A DNA stretch of 64,000 nucleotides from Octopus vulgaris (taxonomy: Eukaryota), in contig OX597819.1 in assembly GCA_951406725.2 (NCBI GenBank), positions 128,464,001 to 128,528,000 on the forward strand. The letters run 5' to 3'. Of the stretch, positions 40,623-52,390 are shown piece after piece. Position 1 is the first letter of the stretch; every line of letters begins with the position of its first letter. A model generated the notes under the pieces. That model made no database searches. It had not been told where the DNA came from and was given only the letters and a program-made list of their open reading frames with translations. The position numbers were made by a program, and so were the translations under genes.

Positions 40623-43600
40623 ACAAGTAAGTAAGAAGTATTTCTTGGCTCTGATGAAGAGAAAAGTTTTGGGGATGGAAGCAGTTTTTTGATATATGGT
40701 ACTGGCAGGAAAGATCATCAGAAATTGTCAAACTAGTATTTGTAGCAATTTCCAGGGTTAACAGACGTTTGTGGAAGAAGTAATCCCAGGAACAATCTTA
40801 AGGAACTGAGCTTTACAAAGGAGGCGACTAAGGAATGAGATATCTGGCACATTGCTGGGCTCAAGAAAACTCATCTGCCATAGCAGAATTGGTATCAGTG
40901 CTGGAACCACATAAAAGCACCCAGTACACTCTGTGGAGTGGTTGGTGTTAGGAAGGGCTCCCAGTCAGAGAAGCCAAGCCAGAACAGACAATAGAGCCTG
41001 GTGATGCCCTTGGCCTTACCAGCTCCAGTCAAATTGTCCAACCCATGCCGACATGGAAAACAGACATAAAATGATGATGATGATGATGATGATGTCAGAC
41101 CTAACATTTGTGGCAAATGTTTCCATCAGTCACAAAATGCAAGGGTTGAATATAATGACCACCACCACTTGCAGGCCAGTATGACTGTGGAAAGCCTCAG
41201 TATTACTGGTATACATTATCAAAACAGACAAATTTGAATATTTTCAAAACTTGGCAGTGTTTTCTTAATTCAGGGAAATAGATGCTGTAAAGCTGTTATT
41301 CCTAAACCAAAGGAATTTACTTGTATGACTTTACATATTAAAACAACAGAAGTGTGAATCCAGCAGCCTTTAATCTCTTGCTAATGATTCCTGAGAGGTC
41401 AGTATTCCTCTGCCAGTATTTGTTAGCACTTGTGCTGGTGGCATGTGAAACATTCGAGCGAGGTCATCGCCAGTGCTGCTGGACTGGCTCCTGTGCAGGT
41501 GGCACGTAAAAAGCACCATTTGGACATGGCCATTGCCAGTACCACCAAACTGGCCTTCGTATCGGTGGCACGTAAAAGCACCCACTACACTCTCGGATGG
41601 GGAAGGGCATCCAGCTGTAGAAACTCTGCCAGATCAGATTGGAGTCTGGTTTGCCAGCCATCAGTCAAATCGTCCAACCTATGCTAGCATGGAAAGCGGA
41701 CGTTAAATGATGATGATGATCAAAACTACAATTTTCCCAAGTCACTGAAGAAAGTTTTTATGCAGTCTTCAAGTTATAGAATACAGCATAAACAAGGGAC
41801 ACTCAAATCAAAGTCCTAGCAAAACAGTACAGTACAGTCACAACTGGAATGGTTTTAACCATAGGTCTGAAATAGAACAAAACAAGAACAACAACCACCA
41901 CCACCACTGTCCTCCAGTTATCTCAGATAGTTAACTGTGCATGTTTTCATGCTTAGGATATAAACTATGCCAAGTTCTTGTGAAGTAACTTCTTCAGGAT
42001 AATTGTAGCAGCTCAGAGTCTGGCTTTCCCAAAAATGTAATGCAGACACATGAAGGAAGAGCTGCAGACAATTTTCACGATTGGTTACTACTTTAAGGCT
42101 TTCATGTCTGTGGCCGATGCCAGCACCGCCCTGACTGGCTTCCATGCCGGTGGCACATAAAAAGCACCATCCGAACATGGCCGTTACCAGCCTACCCTGG
42201 CACGTAAAAAGATCCATCCGTATGTGGCTAATGCCAGCGCCGCCTTGACTGGCTTCCGTGTCAGTGGCACGTAAAAGGCACCAATCGATCATGGCCATTG
42301 CCAGCCTCCCCTGGCACCTGTGCCAGTAGCACGTAAAAAGCACCCAATACACTCACAGAGTGGTTGGCGTTAGGAAGGGCATCCAGCTGTAGAAACACTG
42401 CCAGACCAGATTGGAGCCTCGTGTAGCCTCCTGGCTTCCGAGACCCCGATCGAACTGTCCAACCCATGCCAGCATGGAAAACAGACGTTAAACAATGATG
42501 ATGATGTATGTTTTAATTTTTAGAATAAATAAGAATTATGAAAGGTTGTATTAAACAGCTAACTTTTACCGTAATATATTTCAATTAATTAATAACTGAT
42601 ATAAAATATTGTCTTTCATGAAATACAAAGTCAGTCAGTCTTAGGAAGGCTGATATTGAAATAGCTAGAAAAAACTGGGTTTTTTATGCTTTTTTTTTTT
42701 TTTTTTTGCTTTTTTTAAAAATTCTATACGTTTCTTCATGATAGCAAAGGTAAAGTAGGTTATGCAAATTTGGATATTTGCATATGAATTGTTAAAGCAA
42801 TCTATTTCTACAGTTTGGTGTCTACTTCATACCAGTCAATATGTAAGAACGAATATTATATTGTTTGTGTGTTAAAACCCTGCAGTGAATCTCTCATGAA
42901 AAAGGGTGAACTATATTTTGAGGTTTGATAGTCATATAAACTCACACATAAAAATATACATTCAATGTCCGAAATAATCAACCCTTAACTAAACGGTATT
43001 CAGTATGCTGTTATATCAACAGGTATATCTAATGGCTGACGAGCTGGCAGAACCGTTAGCACACCAGGCGAAATGCATAGCCGTATTTCATCTGCCATTA
43101 CGTTCTGAGTTCAAATTCCACCGAGGTCGATGCTGTCAAACTATCTCTCTTCTTTACACATACTTTTTCTTTACTATTTTTGTTAAACATTGCAAAACAC
43201 TCTCTCTCCCTCTCACACACACACACACATCATACATCAATGCACAACTTCTCTCTCTCCCCTCACACACACACACACTTTCGCTTGGCTATGGCTAGAA
43301 GGGACTTAACTCACGTTAGCAACCTTCAAAATAGGTAAAAGCTATGGCTGAAAATAGATTTTTACCTGTCTCCGCGGGTGCCTTGGAAACAAAAATAAGT
43401 TGACAAAACCCAGGTAGGGTGTTCACGAATGTCCTCCTAAAATTGGAGCGACATACGTGCTAATTTGTGGACGTGCATGAATTACAATCACGTACACACA
43501 CACATCCTGCCTTATATATATACAGATTTATTTATACTAACTTATTATTATTATTATTATTATATAACTTGGAAAATTTAAAGTATTTTATCTTTTTGTT

Positions 43601-44383
43601 ATACAGATAGATACAGTAATTAACATGGGTTTTCATCAGAACATCATCACATTTTGTCCATAATAAAGGTTGTGAAGAATCCACGTGTAAACCAGCAAGA
43701 GCAATACCAGACATACAGAGGAACTAAAAAAACTAAAACTTTTGATAGTCTAATTTGATGGTAACATAGAAATATAACTTATTTCATGAAATACTTTTAC
43801 TTCTGGAAAATCTTCTAAACAAAGAAATCTTTCATTTAGAATGGATGAGACAAAAATTAGACTCAATTAATAACACCAGAAACAAGTTTTAAACACACTT
43901 GATACTCTGGCCTTCCTCAGAAGAATTCTGCAAAGTAAAGAGACTTGAAGGAGCCTAGAAAAAGCAGCCAATTCTTGCTCAGATGGAACTGAACCCATTG
44001 GATACTGTGGTTCTGGATCATACTACCTAAAAAGCAAAAAAAAGTGGTCATAACTTGAACACTTTTGCTTGTAGGCGTGGTCAACCTGAGCTGGCTTGGG
44101 GATAAACAACTAAGTAAGCCAACGAGGCTATTCCAATCTGTTGGAAGTAGCAGCCAAATGTTCCTCAAATTACACCATATTATTTTAGAGAAACAGTAGG
44201 ATGTGTCCACAGAGGATAATGTAATCCTGAAAAATGAAAAAAAATAAAAAGGGTGGTCAAGGCTGAAAAGTCTTTGATCGCACAAGACTGCTCAGTTAGG
44301 ACTGATGCGAGGGTAAACAATAACAACCACAAAGAAAAACATAAATATAATAAGCAAACAGCAAATATCAAGCAAGCACAGAC

Positions 44384-44861
44384 CTTTCCCTTCTACCAAC
44401 TGTTGTAGTTGTCGACCCATCAAGGGTGACCGACTGCGACGCGATGGCTTAACTGATTTGCATTTACGTGAACGTGGAGTTGGTGCCGCAGAGAGTGGGA
44501 CAGCGAAAGTATTGTCCACTTTCTTGGGAGTTTCAAAGATATTCTCCTTGTTTTCTTTCTGTCTTGGTGTCTTCGAACAAGCAGAGAGCTCTTTACTTGA
44601 ATTCCTCTTCATGGAAACGGGTTCGTCTTTTTTTGGCGTGATCCAAGGGTCTTTCATAGGAGGTGCAGTGAGATTTTCCTTGTTCTTAGGAACTGGCTCC
44701 TTGCTATTCAGAGAGCATTCTGTAGCAGCAGAGTTTCGTGGAACACTTTTAATTGAAGTAGGAGTGTGTTCAAAGTGGTTTGGGGTTCTTTCCTGACAAT
44801 GTCTTTGATTTCTTGAAAGTTCCAAAGAATATTTTTCATCTGTCCCATTTACATTCCAAGA
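44384..44861 (-). CDS. MELK: MELK coding exon, TP-dipeptide-rich linker (SWNVNGTDEKYSLELSRNQRHCQERTP...NKEN...TP...LVEGK)
   Basis: Acceptor ttttcctcttag|TCT and donor AAAG|gtctgt. The exon is 478 nt, phase 0-1, in the frame of ORF 44292..44825. It has many TP/SP sites and KEN motifs, as in the MELK linker. The donor phase fits the next exon. Confidence 0.85.
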
Positions 44862-45430
44862 CTAAGAGGAAAAATAACAAAATAAAAATTAAAGAAAATA
44901 ATTAAGAATAAAAAAATAATAAATATTTAGCCATAATAAATAAGAATTTCTTAAAAAAGAAATGACATTAAATGACATAGTCCTAGATACACTATGCCTG
45001 AAAACAGAATAGTGTAGTTATGGATGGAATCCCATGGATTATAGTTCTACTGGATCAGGGATGACCCAGGCTAAACCATTTTTGATTGTTATTTCACACT
45101 GGCACAAATTTAATTAAAATGCATAGAGTAGTCACAGAGAAATTTAATGCACACTAGTATATTACTGGTACACTTTTATATTTCAACTCCAGAGGAATAA
45201 AAGGCAAAATTGAGTTATATGGAGTCCCTGAATTTTACAGTTGAAAATCGTACGCCAAGAGTAATTCCATCCTAAGATCAACCATTGTAAGTTAAGCATC
45301 TTTGCTGGGGACACAATCCAACAGATCAAACAAAATCACTGAAATAAAAGCTAAGCTAACAAGGAAGACTGCACCTGGTATACTCAGCCTACCGGAGAGA
45401 ACAGTTACACATCCAACATATATTCCAATG

Positions 45431-47820
45431 CAGTGTTTCCCAAACTTTTCGCACCAAATTGCAATATCGCCCACCTGTCAGCCAAAAAATGCTTCATCAC
45501 CCACCAGTGTAAAAAAAAGACCCTGACACCCCACCAACAAAAAATCCCCTAGCCCACCCCCCCCCTTATCATTTGACACACTCTATATCGCAGACTCGTT
45601 GTCCTGTTAATACCATCATCATCATCATCGTTTAACGTCCGTTTTCCATGCTAGCATGGGTTGGACGATTTTAACTGAGGGCTGGCAAACCAGATGGCTG
45701 CACCAGGCTCCAATCTTGATCTGGCAGGGTTTTTTTTAGCTGGATGCCCTTCCTAACGCCAACCATTTGTACTAAATATGCGGTTGTTTACAAATCCCTT
45801 ATTGTGGGTTTAGTTTTGCCATTAGTGTCAATAAAATTCCAACCGTAACTCTATATTTTTCAGACAGATTAATTTCTGGAAACTTATGAATTATTTGACA
45901 CTGATTTTCATTTTCCCCAAATGAACCATTGATCAGAATTACCAATACAAAAATAATTAATGATTTTTATTATAAAGGCAAAGAATAAAACTTTTTAATG
46001 AGAACCATGTGTCTGGTGCGATGCAGCTAGTGCTGATACATTCGGTTTCAAACTTGTCACCTTTAGCTGCAAGTCTCCTTGTTGTGTCACATCCAGTCCA
46101 ATTCTTTTATGGCAAAGTACAGTTCCAACAAACCAGGTATAAGGTAAGGAAGGCAAGCCAAAGTAATTTCAGATGTTTCCACAGACTGGGGTAGGAATTC
46201 AATATACTCTGATGGTACCACAAATCTTCTTTGCCATTATGGCGATATTACATTGTGGCGTCATTGTCATTTTGTAATTCTATCAATTCCTCCTGAACAT
46301 CATCCTCGCAATCGACTGCATCGACCTCAAACGGATTGCTTTACCAATTTGGAATATTCAGCACAATAACATCTCGAAATCACTTCGTCATATTATCATG
46401 CAATGATTGCAAACAGTTGCAATATGTAGTTGAATTCTCATCAACCAATTCATCTTTCAAAGAATCAAGTTGTGGAAATTGATGGAATTGACGTTTTGAA
46501 ATGTTAGTCTTCTACAACACCAATTTCAAAATGAAAATAGTGTTAAATGATTTACAATCAACGGGAGTTTTTTGTTTCCTTGCATACTCAAATTATTTAA
46601 TTTTGTGAATATATCACAAAGAAAAAAGATATCGCAGCCATCAATGAAGCAGAGAGTAGAGTAATTTCAAAGAAAGATGATTATATGAAACAGTTCAACA
46701 AAGCGTAAAACAGTTTCCTTTTGACAGCCTCCACCCATTGTTAGAGTATAAGAGTTTATTTCTCAGAGTTGACGGAAAATTCACTCAGACAAGGGACTGG
46801 ACTTCAGTTTCTTCACAGTCTTGATAACTAACTGTAGCGCATCATTCAACCTACCGTTCATATTTTTTGCCACTTAATGCTGCCAGTGTGCCAAACTGTG
46901 AACAGTTAGTATCTGGTGGGAAATTTCACACTTTAGGAGAGATGAAAAACCTCTGTATCTTCCTGTCATCGAAGGGGCTCCATCAGACGCACAGGCAAGA
47001 ATATTACTGAGTGGGATATTATGTTCAAAAAGGAAAGACTTGAGAGTGTGAAAAATAGTTGCACCTCTAGAAACAAGTGGCAATTTCTCTGTGAACAGCA
47101 TTTCCTCAGAAGGGTGAAGGTCTTCGATGAAATACCGAACATATACCATCATCAAACATTGATTGTCCACAATGTCCACAACAGTTGACTCATCCACTTG
47201 TATAGAAAATTCAAAATGCTGGAGAATATTAATGAGCTGATGTTTGACATTGTTGGCCATTTTATCGATGCTTCAAGAAATTGTGTTATTACTAAGTGGG
47301 ATTTTCATGTTATCGGTTTTACACTATCAGATGCATAACGGCTGACAAAACCTCTTTGATAACTGAGCAAAGTAATGCTTCTCCAATTGTGTGAAACTTC
47401 CCAGACTTAGCAACAACCAATGCAATGTTGTACGATGCAATCAACCGGTCATTCTGCTGTTTACTAGTTTCCTGGAGTAGCATGTTGAATGTTTGTGTTT
47501 GCTTTTTGAAAGAGGAGCTCAGTCGCAAAAAGTATGATAATGGTTTGTCCTTCTTCTCAGAATGCTTTGCATCAAGGTGATACTTCAAGCATGAAGGTTT
47601 CATTGCTTCATTGGTCAATGTTTGATGGCAAAGAAGGCACATTGGTAACTGACAGTTCTGAGGAGAGGGAATAAATCTAAATGATAAATAATCACTACTG
47701 TACTGTTGACAAATTTTCTTGACTGGAGGCATCAGTAAAGTGAAAATGTGAAAACCAATTTCTACAGATGGCATCAGAAAGGAAATATGGCATTCCCAAA
47801 GAGAAGAAGAAGTCAATAGA
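45431..47820 (-). mobile_element. Degenerate hAT (Buster/Charlie-like) transposon with a pseudogenised transposase
   Basis: It has a terminus cagtgtttcccaaac at 45431, a BED finger PMCLLCHQTLTNEAMKPSCLKYHLDAKH, and FSIQVDEST and ACASDGAPSMTGRYRG motifs with frameshifts and stops. An E copy is inserted at 45614-45765. Confidence 0.92.
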
Positions 47821-47878
47821 GCAGAGTCAGATGATACGTCTTTACTGGAGCAAATAAGGATTTACGGTATATGACTGG

Positions 47879-48647
47879 CAGAAACGTTAGCACACCGGGC
47901 GAAATGCGTAGCCGTATTTCGTCTGCCGTTACATTCTGAGTTCAAATTCCGCCAAGGTCGACTTTGCCTTTCATCCTTTCGGGGTCGATAAATAAAGTAC
48001 CAGTTACGCACTGGGGTCGATATAACCGACTTAATCCCTTTGTCTGTCCGTGTTTGTCCTCTCTGAGTTTAGCCCCTTGTGGGTAGTAAAGAAATAGGTA
48101 TTTCGTCTGCCGCTATGTTCCGAGTTCAAATTCCGCCGAGGTCGACTTTGCCTTTCATCCTTTCGGGGTCGATTAAATAAGTATCAGTTATGCACTGGGG
48201 TCGATATAATCGACTTAATCCCGTTGTCTGTCCGTGTTTGTCCCCTCTGTGTTTAGCCCCATGTGGGTAGTAAAGAAATAGGTATTAGTCTGCCGCTACG
48301 TTCTCAGTTCAAATTCTACCCAGGTCGACTTTGCCTTTCATCCTTTCGGGGTCGATTAAATAAGTACCAGTTACGCACTGGGGTCGATATAATCGACTTA
48401 ATCCGTTTGTCTGTCCGTGTTTGTCCCCTCTGTGTTTAGCCCCTTGTGGGTAGTAAAGAAATAGGTATTTCGTCTGCCGCTACGTTCTCAGTTCAAATTC
48501 TACCCAGGTCGACTTTGCCTTTCATCCTTTCGGGGTCGATTAAATAAGTACCAGTTACGCACTGGGGTCGATATAATCGACTTAATCCGTTTGTCTGTCC
48601 TTGTTTGTCCTCTCTGTGTTTAGCCCCTTGTGGGTAGTAAAGAAGTA
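47879..48647 (+). mobile_element. Four-unit tandem array of SINE A within a single 13-bp TSD
   Basis: Units of about 183 bp are joined at gaaataggtatttcgtctgcc. The TSD ggtatatgactgg occurs at 47866-47878 and 48648-48660. Confidence 0.9.
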
Positions 48648-48833
48648 GGTATATGACTGGTAGACTTGTTTAAAGTAGAAGCCAAATCTCTTTATCTTAC
48701 ACACCTTGTCATCTTAAAAGATGAACGTATTAGATAATGTTGGCACAGGTATGGTAATCCCTAAAGAAAAAAAGAAGTGGAATGCCTTTGATGAGCAATA
48801 ACCAGGATTAACTTAAGGCTAAAAAGGACTTAA

Positions 48834-49053
48834 TCCTTTAACATTTTGATTACTCTGTCAAACGTAATCCTTATTAATTCGCATTGTTTTGAATTAATCC
48901 TGCTTTGTCTTGTACCTTTAAGATTTCAATGATGTGACTGGTTATTTTTAGAATGACATTGTAAGGTAGGTATGAGAGGCCAAATATGGATGGTTTGAAC
49001 ATGAAACAGGTAGAATATTTGGGCAAGACAGGGCTGGTTTAAATGCTAAAGGG
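48834..49053. mobile_element. piggyBac-type MITE, second family
   Basis: TTAA|tcctttaacattt ... aaatgctaaaggg|TTAA. Confidence 0.72.
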
Positions 49054-49406
49054 TTAACAGGTATATCAATAAAAAAAGATATGTAAATACATAATGCTAC
49101 AACAAAATAAACAGCACGCTTTTCTACAACCCAATGATTGAACCTCTATGCGGTGACTTGATTTGCTAGAAATAGCAGCCAAATACCCTTCAAATCACTT
49201 CAGCCTATATATATATAAAAAAAACAAAGACATACTGAACAATGTAGTGCTAAATATAATAAAAGAGGAAAGTGTTATGGCCTAAAAGGCCTTCAGCCAG
49301 AGATCTGACCTGGAGTGAAACAACATGAAACAATATGCATACCAAAAAAATTTACACACATAAATAACAAAATCAGTAACAACACCAAAACACTTCTCTA
49401 ACTTAC

Positions 49407-49520
49407 CTTGGGTTGTAAAGGTAGAAGCAAGGGTCGGGCATCGTAGAGGCGGAGAGGCTGGCCTTTCCTTTTTTTCTCAAGGAGAAGGAAATATGTACAA
49501 GTCAAGTAATCGTATTTCCA
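49407..49520 (-). CDS. MELK: MELK coding exon, end of UBA region: WKYDYLTCTYFLLLEKKRKGQPLRLYDARPLLLPLQPK
   Basis: Acceptor cttcttcag|TGG and donor AAG|gtaagt. The exon is 114 nt, phase 0-0. It matches the MELK motif WxYDxLTATYLLLLxKKxRGxPVRL. Confidence 0.93.
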
Positions 49521-50148
49521 CTGAAGAAGAGAGAGAGAGAGAGAGAAAGATAGAGATAAAATCAATAAGTATCATCATCATCATCGTTTAACGTTCGCTT
49601 TCCATGCTAGCATGGGTTGGACGGTTCAACCGGGGTCGTTTTAGTAATGGTAGTAGTACAGATATAACGGATAGTACACAATAAAAAGGGAAAGGAAAAT
49701 CGAAGAAATAATGATGAATTTAAATAACAAATGATAATGAAACAGAAACTGTCAAAATGTTTGACTGTAGAGTTTGTAAAAGTTTCTTAAGGTTAAATCT
49801 TTTTTTACCATAACTGAAATTCAAAACAAATCTTGTGCATAAAACTAGGAAGATGAAAACTGTGTGAGACTATTTCAGACTGACTGGACCCGAGATCTGA
49901 AAGTCAAGTCTTGAAGGCCGTATATTCAGCATCAACACTGATTCTGCTGAAGGATTTATGTTAAAAGGTACAACTGACTGTGGAATACTTGGCCATTTTA
50001 TATTATGATTCAATGAGCAGATAGTCCTATTAATTGAATGAGGAAGGAATGAAGAAGAAAGGATGGAACTAAAGAATATAAATAACAGAGATTGAAGAAA
50101 GCGAGAAAAGGAAGCAAATGAGAGAAGAATGAGAAAGAACAGAATGGT

Positions 50149-50945
50149 CATCATCATTTAATGTCTGTTGTCCATGCTGTCATGGGTTGGATGGTTTGAC
50201 TAGGGGTTGGTAAGCTGAGGGGTTACACCAGACTCCAGTCTGATTCAGCATGGTTCCTACAGCTGGATGCCCTTCCTAAAGCCAACTACTCCAAAAGTGT
50301 AATGGGCACCTTTGTGTGCCACCAGCACAGGTGCCAGTTGTGTGACACCAGCATGTCACAACTATGATCTCATTTGGTTTGATGGGTGTTTCTTCTCAAG
50401 CACAGCATATTGCCAAAGGTCTCGGCCATCTGTCATTATCTCCATGAGGCCCAACACTCAAAAGGTGCTTTTTACATGTCACTAGCATGGGTGCTTGTTC
50501 CACAACACCAACATCAGCCATATGGCCTCCATGAGGCCCAATGCTCAAAAAGGTGCTCTTTACGTGCCACAAGCACATGCATGAGTTATGTGACACCAAC
50601 AATGATTTAATTTGGCTTGACAGGTCTTCTCAAGCATAGCATATCGCCAATAGTCTCAGTCACAGGTCATTGGCTCCGTGAGGCCCAACGTTTGAAGGTC
50701 ATGCTTCACCACCTCATCCCATGTCTTCCTGGGTCTCCTTCTTCCACTGCTTCCCTCCAGTTAGAGATCAGCACTTCTTCAAACAGCTGTCAACATTCAT
50801 CCGCATCACACGACCATACCAACACAGCCATCTCTTGTACACCACATCTGATGCCCCTTATGCCCCAGCTTTTCTCTCAAGACACTTACACTCTCTTGTA
50901 CATGCACACTGACACTGTACATCCAGCGAAGCATACTAACTGCTA
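50149..50945 (-). mobile_element. RTE LINE 3' end: RT C-terminus contiguous with the family E tail
   Basis: SMLRWMYSVSVHVQESVSVLREKLG is followed by a frameshifted RPRKTWDEVVKHDL, which runs into E subunits and (GAT)n. Confidence 0.85.
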
Positions 50946-52049
50946 GAATGCAAGGAGAAAATGACAGTGAGAAAAGAACACAGTGATGAGAATAAGGGAA
51001 GAAAATAGTCAAAGAATTTGGAGAGAGAAAATGAAGTGGGAGATAGAGGAAAAGTGAAAAAAGAGGGGTGAAAGTGAGAGACAGAAAGTAACAGTAAGAG
51101 AGAGAAAGTGGGAAAGAAAGAAGAAATTGGATAGGATCAAGGAAAGGTATTGTGGAGAAAAAGAAAACAAAAAGACTTCATAAAGGATGGATAAAATTGG
51201 AGTGGGGGGTGGGGTATATAAAAATAGATCCCTGCCCCCAAAGGAAAAAGAAAGAGAGAGCTAAACAATAGTAATAAGATAGAAAAAGCAAGTAGAGGGA
51301 AATATCAACAAATGTAAAAAGCACCATCCGTATGTGGTCGATGCCAGCGCCGCCTTGACTGGCTTCCGTGTTGGTGACACGTAAAAACCACCAACTGATC
51401 GTGGCCGTTGCCAGCCTCCCCTGGACCCTGTGTCGGTGGCACATAAAAAGCACCCACTACACTCATGGAGTGGTTGGCATTAGGAAGGGCATCCAGCTGT
51501 AGAAACACTACCTGATCAGACTGGAGCCTGGTGCAGCCTCCTGGCTCCCCAGACCCCGGTCGAACCGTCCAACCCATGCTAGCATGGATGATGTAAATGC
51601 AAAACAAAAGAAAAAGATTAGATTAGCCTTATTTGATTTGCTCCATCAGGGCTAAACAACAACAGCCTGCTTAAGAAAACAGTCAAATTTCCCCTCATAA
51701 CACCTCCTGCTGACTTTAAAAAGGGGAGGACAACCACATTAGCTAATGTAGCCCTAGATACATTGTACTTAGAGCAGGTTAATGTGTAAAGCACTTGCGG
51801 TCATAGGTCTGTTCAATCATATCTGAAATAACAACCAAATCTCCCTCAAATCACATTTTTCTATCTTTAAAAAAAAGGAGGAGATATTGGATGTCTTCTG
51901 AGGTATATTATATGTCCAGGTTGAAAGAGATTGTATGAAGGCCATGGATGGAACACCCGTCATAGGCCTGCTTGGTCAGACCTGACCTGACTGATGGCCA
52001 AACAACATATATCACCACTTCACAACATATTACTCTGACCACTGAGTAA

Positions 52050-52390
52050 AGATCCCCTTCGGTCAAGAATGACCATGGCATGCACCTAGAAAGTTCCCCT
52101 CTGAGGCACAAGTCTGGGTAAGATTGTTTTATAGAAGATTGTTTTATAGAAGTCACCCATGCATACCAGCCTCTCCTCTTCACACCACTGATGTCATCCA
52201 AGGGAAAGGCAAAGGCTAATACAGCTTGGCACTTGTGATGCTGCAACTCCTTTCTACAGCTGAGTGAACAGGAGTGATGTGAAATAAAGCACCTTGCTAA
52301 AGAACATAACACACAGCCCAGTCCGGGAATCGAACTCACTACCCCATGATTGTGAGCCCAATGCTTTAACCACTGAGCCATGCATCTTCA
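52050..52390 (-). mobile_element. SINE family D, diverged and CpG-decayed
   Basis: Homologous to 26105-26446. Confidence 0.85.

Noticed and set aside
43135-43530. Helitron-like fragment (minus-strand TC..TATATATAAG start)
   Set aside because: I found no 3' hairpin or CTAG end, so it cannot be supported beyond being a probable repeat.
46874-47816. Domesticated ZBED/SCAND-type host gene
   Set aside because: Multiple frameshifts and stops plus a transposon terminus show it is a dead hAT element.
47879-48647. CRISPR-like array
   Set aside because: The units are whole SINE bodies with no unique spacers, and the context is eukaryotic with no cas genes.
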